Positions 21,037-33,932 of a stretch of DNA of 64,000 nucleotides are shown here, piece after piece. Position 1 is the first letter of the stretch. Each line of letters begins with the position of its first letter. The stretch is from Cyanophora paradoxa CCMP329 (taxonomy: Eukaryota; Plantae; Glaucophyta). The stretch is taken from assembly GCA_004431415.1 (NCBI GenBank), contig QPMI01000003.1, positions 62,001 to 126,000 on the forward strand, written 5' to 3'. Made by a program: the position numbers and the translations under genes. The notes under the pieces are model-generated. The model made no database searches and was not told the origin of the DNA. It saw only the letters and a program-made list of their open reading frames with translations.

Positions 21037-23455
21037 ATCAAGAAGTTCTGCATATGCTGCATCTGGAGCTGCTGGTGCTGAGTCTGGTAGTGTTGCGAGT
21101 GCGGGGGCGCCATGCTGGACAATGCCCCCAGCTGAGAGCTCCGCAGGCTACCATAAGCGGCGGCCGACATTGCGGCGGCCGAGCTGGAGTGGCCGACGCT
21201 GGACGCGGCAGCTGATGAAGCGGACGCTGGCCGCCCCCCCGCAGCGGCAGCGGCCGCGGCGTGGTAGCCCCTCGCGGCGCCAGGGAGGGCGCCCGCGACG
21301 GAGAAGGCGCCGCCGGGCTGGCCGGAGAGGGGAACGGTGACAGGCACATGACCCCCCGCGGCGTCGAGAAAGACGCCGTAGAACATAGGGCCGCCGCCGG
21401 CGCCGCCCTGCACCGGGAAAAGCGGGATGCTGCCCACAGGGATGTCCGGCATATCCGACATCGGCTTCTTCTTCTTCTTCCGGTTCGGCCCGCGCGTGTA
21501 CACGTAATCTGCAGCGCGGTGGGCACGCGCCGCGCGGCGGGGGCGGAGGAGCGCCAACCTGGGTGGTCTTGCTGGAACTTCTCCTTAATCCGCGCCGCCT
21601 CGTCGACGTAGGCGGCCCTCCGAACGGAGTCCAGGGCTTTCCCTGTCGGCGCCTTCAGCAGGGCGACGCTTGATTAGAGAAGAGCGGCTATCGCACATTC
21701 TTGGCCGAGGATCTTGCTGATCTCGGCGTTCGGCAGGTTGCCATGGATCTTGTGAAGAATCGGCCGGCGCTCGTTGCTGAAGAGAATGAACGCTGGCGCG
21801 GAAAAAGAGTCAGAAAAGGAAAGCACAAGGTCTGCGCTTCTGGACACAGACGCACCGTTTTGTGGCCTGGGCGGGCGCGGCTTCGAACCGCCGCCGGCCT
21901 GGCCCGAGGAAGAGTTATTCGCTCCCGGAGAAGCGTCGTCTTCGGATGCGTGGCTCTGCGGAGTGACTGCGCGACAGCGATGCGGTCAGTGATGCGAATA
22001 TTTGGCGACCACAAGCGTGAGCGCACGGTCGTCTGGTCTCTGCCCACCACGCGGAGGCGCAGTACTCTGCTGCTGGTGCTGTTCCTGGTCGTCGTTGGCC
22101 CCCTCGTTGCCCTCCTCGCCGTCATCCAACTCCGTCAGAAGCGTTATCCAGCGGTCCCCGTTTGAATTCTTTGCGCCTTCTCTGTCGCTGGAATTGCCAT
22201 GCTGCGCCGAATGATCCGCCGGCCCACCTAGGGCCGGATTCTGTCGTTGGTCAAGCTTGAGGTGCTCCATCTGCTCCTCGCCATTCCCATCTGCTGGTAT
22301 TTTCTGAAACTGCGAGAGGAGAACCACATCGATCAACAATCAACGACGAGAAGAAACAAAAACACAAACCGAGATGGAGTAGCGGCGCTTCCGTATAACC
22401 TGCGATTGTGCCTGGTGCTGCTGCACGAGTTCTGCTTGTTGCTGATCCAGGCTCAGTCCTGGTTGTGACATCCCTGAAATTCCTGAACCTCCCTGCGCCG
22501 GAATCTCTTTGAAGACCGCGACCTGAGGCGCGGACGAGGTCGCGTCAGTGCCATGCCCCCCGGAGCCAAGCTCGCTGTGATGCGCACCACAGGGTTGACC
22601 ATATGGAGCCCAGAACTGCTCGACTGAGGCTGCTGCTGCTGCTGGCTCTCATTGAAGCCGGTGCTGCCGTCAGCGAGCTGTTGCCGTGGCGACTCGCTGA
22701 AACCAAGGCTAGCTGTTTGAGCCCACGGGTTTGGAAGCGCATCGGGACCGGTGCCCCCATCAGATCGACCAGGAAACATAGTAAGCTTCTCGTAGTCATC
22801 TGCGGGACCGATGAGCTAACCGGGGCAGAGGGTTCTTCTCAGGAGCAGCTGACCGATGGTGAGCCGCTGAGGCACGCGGCTGAAGTCTTGCTGCCGATTA
22901 GGCGGTGCCGGCAGAGGCTGCGGAAGACGGAAGTACTCGACCTGCGCCGGCCGGATACGGGTTAGCACATGGGCGGTCCGCTCCCGGGATCCCTGAACAA
23001 CAAACCGCGAAAGTCCGCGTGGATCGGGTCAACGTTTCCTGCGAGAAAAGAACAAGATCGCGCGTGAGAAGGGCGAGCGTGACCGGGCCTGGGCTGGCGG
23101 CCGCGTTCGAACACACCTCGAGAGTCCCTGGGGGAGCGGGCAGGAAGCAAGGGACGCGGGCAAAGGTCAGAAAAAGGTTCGAGTCCCGTGCTAGGCGAAA
23201 ACCGCCCGGGCAGAAGGACCCGTCACCCGGAGTATATACGTAATCTGTGAAAACCGTCCGGAAAGGTCCGAGTATACACGCACCGTCGTCGTGATGCTTC
23301 ACCTCTGCTTCAAAAACGGGCAGCTGCGCCACCGTGCCGCCGGTGTCGGGCGCTGGTAGCGGCAGGTCTGCGAGGTCTATGCCGATAGAACTCCGCCGAC
23401 GCGACATCCTGGCAAGGGCGGCGGCTGGGATCTCGAAGTTCGAGTTGCCGTCCAT
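20412..23455 (-). CDS. SOX/TCF/MATA-class HMG-box transcription factor with a polyQ C-terminal region (paralog 1)
   Basis: KPRPPRPQN|AFILFSNERRPILHKIHGNLPNAEISKILGQE|WKALDSVRRAAYVDEAARIKEKFQQDHP|DYVYTRGPNRKKKKK; Q/S/A-rich flanks. Confidence 0.88.
20961..21035 (-). repeat. (CAG)n trinucleotide tract encoding polyQ in HMG paralog 1
   Basis: Long (ctg)n run on the + strand, in frame with MQQQQ...QHQQQHQHQ. Confidence 0.95.
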
Positions 23456-23847
23456 CGCGGAGCCAGTCTGGCCGGGCCCGCGCTGGCCGCGCTGGCTCTC
23501 GGCCTTAAGAGACTGTACCCCGTGGACGCATTGAGGGAATTTGAGGCTCGCTAAGTGGCAGCACGAGCCTCGCCGGCTGTCTTAATTCGGTGCAGGTTGG
23601 GAGTGGTTGGACGTGCTTCGACGGACGACGACACAGAACGCGCCCGACGTCGACGCCAGCAGACCACATCTACCCGCACAGCCCGCGGCCGCGGCCCCGC
23701 GCAGAGTTGTGACGGCGCTCAGCCGCCTTAACGTGCCCCCTCGGCTCCGCTCCGAAGCGCGTACGCGCGGCCCGGGAACCGCGCGCCGCGGCGGATGCGC
23801 GGTTGCAAGTGCTGATCATGACTTATTCCCGCGGCCGCCGGCAGGCG

Positions 23848-25822
23848 ATGGACCCCGGGAGCATAGCTCTTTTCATCCTTGCTGTATTCACGGAGTTCGC
23901 GTGCACGTATGAGGCGCGCCCGAGTTCGCGACCGGGCGCGCCGAAGCTCGGCCTGCCCCCGCACGCCACAGGTGCGCCAGCGCTGGTTCTGTATGCCGCG
24001 TTCTCTTTCCACGCAGCTGACGCTCTTGCCCTCCTCTCAGCCGACGTACGCGCTGTGCACGCGGTTGTGTTTGTGGTCGCCGGCAGCATCGGGCTGTTGG
24101 TTCGTTGCTTGGTTCAAAAGAGCTGAATCCCTTGGTTTAAAAGATCTGAATTAGTAACTAAACAGATGCTCTTCTACTTCCTGGACGCGATGACAGTCCT
24201 GTTCACAGGTTCGAATTGCATGCGCGCGCATCCAGCGGCCCCGCGCCCGCACGGCCGCCGCTCACGCGGCCCCGCGACAGTCGTGTTCTTCGTCGCTGGG
24301 ACCGCGAGCGTCGTCGTCTGCGCGTGCGCCGCGCTCCCTCGACCGGGGGCCCGGGCCCGGCCCCACAGCTGCAGCTTTTTGACGGGATCCGCCCGGGGCC
24401 AGGTACCCGCCCCTCTGCAGGGCCGTTCCCCGCCTCGCCAAGGAAGTCGAGTGAGCCGCCCCTCCACGCTTCTGACTCAGTGAGGGCTCGCCGAGGGCCC
24501 CCGCGCGCTCACGGGCGCCCGGCCGCCGCTCAGCGTTCCCTGCTTCGGGCCCGCGCCGCTCGCCTGCGTCGCGATCCTCCCCTTCGCCCTCGGTCCGCCT
24601 GCCGCGCACTCCTCGCCGGCGATCCGCCTTGCACGCCCAGCTCCGATTCCGACGCCGGGGCCGCATGCAGCGACGACGTCAGTGTACATGCTGCTGCGGG
24701 GCGGCCCCGGCGGGTGGATCCTGAACGACCTGCTGGCGGTGACGCTCTCGGTGCAGTTCTGCGCCCTGCTCCGCGTCCCCAGCCTCCGCGTCGCCGCGGC
24801 CTTCCTCGTGCGGCCCTCGAGCTCCCTCCAGGCGGCTCCTTTGAGGCGGCCGGCAGGTCTGCATCTTCTTCTACGACCTCTTCTGGGTCTTCTTCTCCGC
24901 GGTGCGCGCGCCCCGCCCCGCGCCCGGAGGCGTCCGGAGCCCCCGAATCCTCCATCGATATCCGGAGATCCTCGGCCCCGACGCCGCCGCTGAGCCGCTG
25001 CCGCGGCGCAGGACGTCTTCGGGGGCAATGTGATGGTGCGGCCTCCTGGAATAGCGATATCGATCGCGCGGCGCGCGGGAGGCCGGCTGGCCCGGCCGCG
25101 GGCCCGGCCATGCGCCCGGGGCGACGAGGCCGGGGCGGCAGGTGAACGCGGCGAAGCTGGAGCTGCCGGTGAAGCTCGTCGTGCCCCTCTTCCGGGAGCC
25201 GGCCGGCTCCTACACCATGCTCGGCCTCGGCGACATCGTGCGCCCTCCCGCACCCGCCCGCCCGCCCGCGCTTTGGAGAGGCGGCGCGCGGGGCCGACGC
25301 CGGCCCTGCAGGTCCTCCCGGGCCTCCTGCTCTCCCTCTGCCTCCGCTTCGACAGGCAGGGGGCGCCGGCGGGGGCGGCCGCCTCGAAGCCGCCCGGCTC
25401 GTCGCCGCGGCGGTACTACGCGTGCGGGCTGGCCGGATACGTCGCGGGGCTCGCCGTCTGCTACGCCGTCCTCCTCCACAGCGACGCGCCCCAGGCGCGC
25501 GCGCCCGCACGCACGCTGCACCTCCCGGCGCCTCTGACTCCCCGCCCCGCAGCCGGCGATGATCTACCTCGTGCCCGGGACCCTCGGCCCCGTCGCCGCC
25601 CTCGCCGCGTGCGCGCCGGCGCCCCCCGCCGCCCGCTTCAGGCGCCCCCGGCGATGGCCGTCTTCCGCCAGGGTGCGGGGCGAGTTGGGGGAGATGTGGG
25701 CGGGCGAGGCGGGGCGCGAGGGCGCCGTCGCGGCCGACGGGGCGGATCCGGGGCCCGCATCGGGCGAGCGCGAGGCCCTCATCGGGCCCTCGAGCTCCGC
25801 CGCCGGTGCCGCAGCCGTGTGA
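23848..25822 (+). CDS. Signal peptide peptidase-like (peptidase A22B, GxGD aspartyl intramembrane protease)
   Basis: WILNDLLA, LRVPSLRVA, FFYDLFWVFFS, GGNVM, LPVKL, MLGLGDIVLPG, QPAMIYLVP. Confidence 0.93.
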
Positions 25823-26311
25823 TCTATTTCGTAATCTACTATCAGGACGCTCGCCCAGGAGCTAGGAAGCCTTTTGAAGAGCATGGCCCCACGCCTCCAA
25901 TCCGGGGATCCTTTCTTTGTTTTCGTTCACGGGAACTCGGAAGCCTTGAAGTGCTCGCCGGCCGCGGGGGCTGCTCGCCTTGTAGCAAGATTAATATTCG
26001 TAGACTCTGATATCGATCATGATAGACATTGATGTGCTGTGCATGCCTGCCGCAGTGCATGCGCGTGCGCGGCTTCCCGGGAGTCCTGGCCTGCTGTGCG
26101 CATGCCCGCGGCTTCCTGGCGCGCGCGGCCTGCTGCGCATGTATGCCCCCGTGCACGTGATATATATCGATTGATCATGAGCTTAATCCGATGATCTGCA
26201 GCTGCGCATGCATGCACCTTTTGAAAATTTAGGTCTCGGTTGGCCATGGCTGATATCGATCGCGCTTGCAACCCAATGTATTAATGTGAATTAAATATTC
26301 GAAACCAAAAG

Positions 26312-26439
26312 TCAAAGCTTAAGCGCTCTGCGCATGCAGCGCAGTTCGATTTACGTGAATTTGAAATCGAAATCAAAGCTTGAAAGCGTTCTGCGCATGC
26401 AGCGCGGTTCGATTCACGTGGATTCCAAATCGAGATCAA
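26312..26439. repeat. Imperfect tandem duplication, ~62-bp unit x2
   Basis: tcaaagctt(g)aagcg(c/t)tctgcgcatgcagcgc(a/g)gttcgatt(t/c)acgtg(a/g)att..aaatcga.atcaa occurs twice in succession. Confidence 0.85.
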
Positions 26440-26465
26440 TAATGCAACAATGAGGGTCAATAAGC

Positions 26466-27757
26466 TCAGGAGTGGCCGCGGTGATCTGTGGTTGGTGGCG
26501 GGAGGGCGGGGAGCACGCCCGGGAGGGGCGCGTACCCCCCAGGCGGGGCGCCGAAGGAGGGGGCGGGGGAGGAGCCGAAGGAGGGGGCGGGGGAGGAGCC
26601 CGGGGCGGGGGTCATGGGCATCATGGGCATCATGGGGGGCATCATGGGCATCGAGGGCATCATCCAGGGGGAGAACATCATCCAGGGCATCGCCGGCGGC
26701 ATCATGCCGAACGGCATCCCCGGCATCCCGGACATCCCCGGCGGCGCCGCCGCGCCGGCGCCGGACGCGCCGCCAGCCCCGGCGCCTTGCGAGAGGGCGT
26801 CCAAGGGCGCCGGCGAGGCGCCCGGCGTTCCGATCGCAGGGGCCGGCGCCGCCGGCGATGCTGAGTACTGAGAGCTGGGGGCCGGCGCAGGGGGGTGCGT
26901 CCCTCCTCCTACTCCTCCGTAAGGCGGTTGGGAGGGGTACTGCGGCTGGGGCGCGGCTGGGGCGGGCGCAGGCGCGGGTTGCGGGGCCAGAACGGGTGCC
27001 GGCGCCGCGTCGCCCCCCGCGTTCTTCCTTTTCTTCCGCGAAGGCCCGCGAGTGTACTGGTAGTCTGCCCCCGTGCCCTGGTCACCAGGACGCAGATCGG
27101 GGAGGCGGAGGGTGAGAGAACCTGGGTACTCCTGTTGGAACTTCTGCTTTATGGCATGCGCTCTCGCCACGTACTTGTCCTTCGCCGCTGGCGGAAGGTT
27201 CTTCCCTGCGACGCATCCGTGAATTTCCGAGAGAACGGTTAAGAAAGGAACGAGGGCGCACATTCGTATCCCAGGATCTTTGATACTTCTGCATTCGCCA
27301 GATGCGCGTACTGCTTGTGCAGTTCGGGCCGCCGATCGTTACTGAACAGAATGAAAGCTGCGAGAGAACGAAAGTGGGTGGTCACATCGAAAGCGGGGAA
27401 TCGCCGGAGCTGGAAGCTAACCGTTCTGCGGACGAGGAGGCCTCGTTTTTCCGTTCGATGTTGACGGTCCCTCGGCCTCAGGGCTGTCTGGCTCTTCCTT
27501 GGGCGCCGGAGCGGATCGCGGGGCGCGTGCTCGGGGCTGGGAGGGCGGAACGTAGTTTTGGGGAAGTGGAGGCATCGAGGTCGGCGCAGGAAAGAAAGAG
27601 GACGTCGAGGGCCCTGCGGCCGCGTATTCTGCGCACCGGAAATAGCTGAGAGGCACGCGAAATCCCGGCAGCGGGGATTCTTACGGCTGTGAGCAGCGTG
27701 TCGCTGCCAAGCGATTTGACTGCTATCGTACGAATAGGACGACGGGATCGATGCCAT
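26466..27757 (-). CDS. SOX/TCF/MATA-class HMG-box transcription factor with a Pro/Met-rich C-terminus (paralog 2)
   Basis: KTRPPRPQN|AFILFSNDRRPELHKQYAHLANAEVSKILGYE|WKNLPPAAKDKYVARAHAIKQKFQQEYP|DYQYTRGPSRKKRK; same three intron positions as paralog 1. Confidence 0.9.
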
Positions 27758-28335
27758 CCTAGCTAAAGCTACTATTCTCAAGAACGAGCGAAATCGACTC
27801 TCTGCAGTCGCGGCGACGCCTGAGCGCCGTCGCCGCCACGCGCGGCCCTCCGCAACTCTCTAGCCAAGTTGTTCTGCAAGCTGTTCTAGCGAGTTCAGAA
27901 GGAAGTCACGACGGCTGCCGGGTGGCTATAGTACTAGTGTCGGTCACAGTCGGTGGTCAATTGGGGTACGCATTGACCTGACTTGGGGACTTCGAATTCA
28001 GCCTAGCTAGCTACCAGCCTCTGGTATAGGTACCCGGCACTTCGGCCCGGCGGGCGTTGACAGATATATGTTCGATTCCAGGCGCTGCGCGGCATGGCAT
28101 GCGGTTAGATTCGGATCAGGCACCAGTGCCGCATGCAGCACTCGGCACACTCGCCTGAGCGCTGAGGAGTAGCCGCTTCGCGTGAGTGCCGACCCGATCG
28201 ATCAGCTGCACTGTCTGCACAATTAAGCAGCATTAGTATTCGACAACGCGGCGAATCTGTGAGTGCATGCCAATCTTGTAGCACAGGCGAATCTCGCCGA
28301 CGGGCTGCGCGAGACGCGCTCCCGCTGCTCGTCCG

Positions 28336-31300
28336 ATGTACGAAGCCGAGAGGTCGACCGCGGCCGAGGACGCACCGACCGAGGAGGACTTTGAAGATGT
28401 CGGCGCGGCGCTGCCCGCGGACCTCACGTTTGGCCTCCTGCACAGGCGCGGGTGCTCAGCGTCGGCGGAGTTTGTGCCCGTCCCCGCGGAGCTCGGTGAT
28501 CACTTGGAGCCGCGATCGCCGCACCAGGTGCTCGGCCCTGCACGCCCTGCGGCCGCCGGTGCCGCCGCACTAACCCGCCGACGTGGCGCCGGTGCAGACG
28601 AGGCCGGTGCCGCGCGGGTGCTACCACCTCATCTGCTCGCGGCAGTACAAGCTCGGGCTCCTTGACCGAGGGGCAACCGCCGCCTGGGTCGGCCGCCGCG
28701 TCCGCCTCTGGCTCGCCTACCGCGGTGCGGCCCACGGACCACGGCGCCCAGCCCCGCTGAGGCGGGCGGGGGCGCAGACAACGGCGAGCAGGTGCTGCAC
28801 GCGTTCTGGCCCAACGGAACTCCGAAGCCCGAGCAGGCGAAGCGCATGAAGTGGCGGCTGCGTGCGTCCGCGCCCCCCCCCCTCCCCCTCCCCCCCCCCC
28901 CCCCTCCCCTCCCGCCCCTTCCCTCCGCCCCCGCGCGCTCCGCGCACCCGGCCCCGCCGATCTCGCGGGCGCAGCGGCGGAGGGGCCGGGGGCCGGCGAC
29001 GTGGGTCCCCTCCTGCTTTTCCAGCGGCAAGCCGGCTCCAGCTCCAATTTCCGCAACGCAGTCTCCTGCCGCGAGGTGCCCCCGAGCGCGGCCGCCGCAC
29101 CCCCCTCGGCTTCGTTCGACGTTCACCCGCAGGTGATTCTGACGCTGGACTCGTACGGCATTAGCGAGGAGCGGTTCGGATTCGTGGCGACCTCGGTGCG
29201 CGCCGCCGTCCCTGCCCCGGCCAGGCGAGGCGCGCTTGCGTGGCGGGGGCCGACGGGTTGCTCAGTTCTGCCACGGGCGACGGGCCTTCCTGCTCGGCAT
29301 CGAGGCGCTGCCGCCGGCGCCGGCGCCGCCCGTCTGCGGCCGCATCGAGCTCACCACGCGCACGCACCAGCGGTGCCCCCTGCCCCGCCTCTCCCTCCGC
29401 CACCTCCCGAGCGACGCACGCGCGTCGCTGCGCAGGAGCCGGCCGCTGGGCATCTCCGTGTTTGGGGCGGCGGCGGCGGCGACGACGGCGGCGGCGGCGC
29501 GGACGGCGGTGCAGGCGACGCCCTCGCCGCGGGAGGCCGTCTCGTCGGACGAGGAGGAGGAGCAGCCGGCCCGCAAGCGCCGCGGGCCCCCGAGGCCCTC
29601 TACCCCCGCCCGTGCCCCTCTGGGCGGGCGCCCCGCCGGCCCCGCCGCGCCCCCCGGGCCCCGGCCCCCCGGGCCGACCGGCCCGCCGCGCTACTCGGTG
29701 TACATGCCCGCGGGCGAGCGCCCGGGGACTATGTCGCCCCTCGTCGGCCTCCTCGACCAGCTCCACCTGTACCCCCGCCGCCCCGCCCCGCCTCGCTCGC
29801 GGCGGCCGACGGGGGCCGGCGCGCGCAGGTCGGACAGCGTTGGGGGCCCGGGGGCGCGCCCGGCGGTGGTGGAGGAGGACCTGGGGCGGGCGTACTACCC
29901 CCGGAGGCCTACCTCGAGGTGGCGGAGCAGTGGGAGGCCTCCGTGCGGCACGCCCTCCGCGCCGCCCGCGCCCCGCCCGCCGCCCGTGCGCCCCCGGTCC
30001 CGCCCCGCCCCGCCCCGCCCCGCCCCGGGCGACGGGAGCTCTCGGCAGAGTTCGCGTTCGACGAGTTCATCCCGTCGGACGACGAGGGGGCGGCGGAGGC
30101 GCCGCCCGCGCCCCAGCAGCCCCCCGCCCCCTTCGTCCTCCTGTGCCCCCCCGCCCCGCCCCTCCCCCCGTTCCCGGACTCGGCCCGCGGCGCCGTCAAC
30201 CCCGAGCGGCTGGTACCCCCCTTCCCCAACCACTCGAAGAGACCGAACAGCAGGCCGGGGCGGCTGATCGCCTGCGGCAGCTGTGGTTCCTGCAGCTGAG
30301 CCCGGCGGACTGCGACGCGGTCCTCGTGACCTTTGCGGAGGTCGGCCGGCCGCGCCCCCCGCCCCCGCGCTGGCCCCGCGTGAGCGAGGGCGCTCGGGGC
30401 AGGCGCTGGAGGGGCGGGGGCCGCTCTCGGGGGACCGGGCGGGGAAGGCGCTGCTGGACCCGCGGCTGCTCGGCTCGCCCCTCGTCTCCACCTTCCCGGG
30501 GCGCTACCGCCTCACCCAGGCCCTCCACCGCCTCATCGAGGCCGGCCACGCCCCCCTCGTGCGCCCGCGCAGCTTTGCGCGCCCGACCCCGCCACGCCCC
30601 TCCTCAAAGAGAGCAGGTGGAGTCGTTCGTGGGGGCGTCGGTGGCGCTGCTGGTGAACATCCCGGCGATCCCGCGGCGGGAGCACGTCGAGGCGGCCGTC
30701 CGCGCCATGCTCCGCTTCGTCGAGGCCGGCACGGGCCCCGCCGCCATGCTCACCCCGCAACTCCTCATCCTCTCCGACACCGACGCCCGCATGGCCCGCC
30801 GCCCCGCCCCCGCCCCCGCCCCCGGGCCCCTCGCTTTCCCTGTCCCTGAGGCGCGCGCCGCGCCCCGCCCCGCAGGTGCTGGAGGCTGCGCGGCGGCTCC
30901 TCGTGGGCTCCGAGGACGACGCGCGCCCCCCCGGCCATCCCCCGCCCTCCCCCTCTGAGCTCGCTGGGGCGGGGCGCAGCTGCGGGAGCTCCACTGCGAG
31001 CTGCTCTTCCGCCGCGCCGTCGTCGAGTGGCAGGCGCGCCGGCCTCCGCTCGCCCCCGCGCCGCGCCGCGCCGGGCGGGCCGCGCGGGGCGAGGCGGGCG
31101 GGGCAGATGGACCGGGAGGGGGCGGCGCTGGAGGCCTTCTTCGAGTGCTGGAGCGCCATCGTGCGGCTCGGGCTAGCCCCCAGCCGCCTCGAGGCCCGCC
31201 TCCTCTCCCACCTCCTCAACCTCTCCAGCGCGCCCCGCCCCCCGCCCCGCCCCGCCCCTACACCCCCTCTCATCCCATCGCATCGCATCCCACCGCAGTC

Positions 31301-32678
31301 CGCGTCCCGGGGAACCTCGCCCTGGCGGTGCGCCCCCCGTCCGCCTCCTCCATCCCCTCGCGCCCCCCGCCCCGCCCCCGCCCCTCTTGAGGCGGACCCC
31401 CGCGGCCCCTCTCCCCCCCGCAGCGGCACCTGACGAAGTCCGTGTACTGGTTCGAGGAGACCCCCGAGGACATCGTCGACATGGCCTTCACCCTCGTCTA
31501 CCTCGGTGCCCCCCGCCCGCCCCGCCCCCCGCCCGCGCCTCCGCCGGCGGCCCCTGCTGGGCCTCTGAGCGGGGGAGGCGGCAGGCCTGGTGGAGACGTT
31601 CCGGAACAACCTGCCCCAGGCCCTCGCCTTCCTCGACCGCTCCCTCGCCGCCCTCCAGGCCCGCCCCCGCCCCCCCGCTGCTCCCGCCTTCCTCGCTCGC
31701 TTCCCTGAGCTCCCCCCCCTCGCCCGCGCGCCCCGCAGCGGCTGGTGCCCTACGGGGACTGCTACCGGCAGCTCACCATCCGGCCCCTCATCACCCGCGT
31801 GCGCCCCGCCCCCGCCCCCGCCCCTTCCCTTTCGCCTCCCCCTCCCGCGCGCTGAGCGGCCTCGCCCTCGCTGCAGTCCGTCACGAACACGCTGATGAGT
31901 GAGTGGGCCCGACCCGAGGCGCCCCCACGCGCCTCACCCCGGCTCTTCCCTCGCGCGCCCGCGCGGCGCGCAGACCGGCTGGCGTCGGCGACGAAGGACT
32001 ACCGGAGCGCGCTGCTGACGATGAAGGAGCTCTGCCGCACCCCCTCCGTCTTCTGGGACGTCATGTGCGCCCTCGTCGGCCCCCGCCCGCCCCGCCCCTC
32101 CGCCCTCCCCCCACGCCCTCGTCCCCCCTCGCCGCCCGCAGGTACATGGGGCGGCACCAGTACGTGCACGCGCGCCGCGCGCACGAGGCCGGCGCGGGGG
32201 CCGTCACCGCCCGCGACCTCAACAGTGCGCCCACTCCGCCGCCCCCCTCCCCTCCCCCCCCCCCCCCCCCCCCCCCCCGCCCGGCCCCCGCCCGGCGGCC
32301 CCCCTGAATGGGAGGCGGGCAGAGCAAATGCGGCTGAACCTGCTGGCGATCAAGGTGTCGGACCTGGCGGACGAGACGCCCCTCCGGGCGCACGCGCTGG
32401 CCCGCACGGGGGAGTACTACCTCGCGACCGGCCGCTTCGCCCGCGCCGCGCCCTGCCTCGAGGAGGCGGCCCGCATGCTCGGCGCCCTCTTCCCCCGCTG
32501 CTTCCCCGCCTCCCACCCCTACCAGCGCCACCTCCGCGCCCTCCGCGACACGGCCCTCGCGCACCAGCCGGCCCCCGTGCCCCGGCCCCTCCCCGGCCCC
32601 TCCGCCCCGGCCCCGCGCCCCGCCCTTGGCCCCGGCCACCCGGACGCCAACGGCCCCGCTCTCAGGGCGACCCACTGA
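28336..32678 (+). CDS. Hypothetical multi-exon protein with a helical/TPR-like C-terminus
   Basis: GC3-biased exons bounded by GT/GC-AG introns. C-terminal ALARTGEYYLATGRFARAAPCLEEAARML is TPR-like. Family not recognised. Confidence 0.6.
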
Positions 32679-32861
32679 CCGGGGCCCCGCCCCTCCGCCT
32701 TTTCTCTCGATTTTTCCTCGATTCACCCTAATTCGCCCTATTTACGCATACGTATACCATGCATTCATATGCATATGCATCGGGCACTTCGTCTATTGTA
32801 GTCAACGTTCAGATTCGCGATTGCCTCGAGCTCGCAATCTCTTTGTATGGCTGGCAGGCCA

Positions 32862-32916
32862 CTTGCCGTCAAGGTAGTTTCAAGCTTGCCGTCAAGGTAG
32901 TTTCAAGCTTGCCGTC
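32862..32916. repeat. 23-bp perfect tandem repeat (~2.4 copies) between convergent genes
   Basis: cttgccgtcaaggtagtttcaag repeated. Confidence 0.9.
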
Positions 32917-33004
32917 TTCATCGGTATCGGTATGCGATTTGCATAGTAAGAGGAGCAGGAACATTGACCATGGTTTGCATGCGTCGCAATTGCGGTCTCG
33001 GGGC

Positions 33005-33901
33005 TCAGGGGGCGAGGCGGGCGGAGGGGCTCTTGGCGAGGGCGGCGGCGCGGGCGCGGCTTCGCTCGGCGGCCGTCGCGGCGCGCTCGCGCTCGAGGGC
33101 CGCCAGCAGCTCCTCCCCGCGGGCCTTGGCGCGCGCCGCCCGCGCCTCCCGCGTCACCTCCCGCTCCTGCAGCGCCGCCTGCACCCGCGCCGCCGCGTCC
33201 GCCCCGGCCCGCGCCCCGCCCGCCCTCCCCGGCCCGGGCCCGCCGCCGCCGGCCCGCGCCGGGCGCCCCGGCAGGCTCTTCCGCGTCGCCCGAGGCTCTT
33301 CAGCGCCTCCGCGCTCAGCTTCTGCGACGGGGGCGGCGCGGCGTCGGCCTGCGCCGCCGACGCTGCGCGAAGAGCGTCGGCGGCGGGGCGGCGGCAGGGC
33401 AGCCGGGGCGGCGGAGGGGTGCGCGCACGCTTCCGCGAGGCGCTGCTGCCGGCGAAGGAGCCGGCGCGGGGTACGTGCCCCGCCGCGACCGCGTCGAGTG
33501 CAGCTCCTCGCCCCGCGCCGTCGCCGCCGTCGCCGCCAGCAGCGGCAGCGGCGGCTCCTGCGCCGGCGCCGCCTCAGGCCCGGGGATCCCGGGCCCGCGG
33601 CGGCGGGGGCGGCGGACCGCGGGCGGGGGTACACGTAGCGGACGATCTCGGACTGGGAGTACACCATCAGCCGCGTCGGGAGGGCGGCCTGCGCTGGCGT
33701 CAGCGCGGACCGCGGGATCGGGATTGGGGTCGGGGTGGGGATCGGAGGGCTGGGGCGCACCGGCCGTGCGGGGCGGCCGGGGCCGCGGGCGCCGCGGGGC
33801 CGCCCCCGCGAGCACGGGGGCTTGGCCGCCCCGCCCTTGCCCTTCCCGCCCTTGGCCGCGGCCGCGGCCGCCTCGGCGGCGGCGGCGGCCGCCTGCGCCT
33901 C

Positions 33902-33932
<31 letters not shown>

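Noticed and set aside
26312-26439. GGTTCGATTC (B-box/T-loop-like) within the 62-bp duplication, suggesting a tRNA or SINE
   Set aside because: No acceptor, D or anticodon stems and no A-box. The T-stem does not pair properly.
32862-32916. 23-bp repeats, and the repeats at 10487-10565 and 41065-41580, as possible CRISPR arrays
   Set aside because: No unique spacers, no cas genes, and a eukaryotic context. They are simple tandem or transposon-subterminal repeats.
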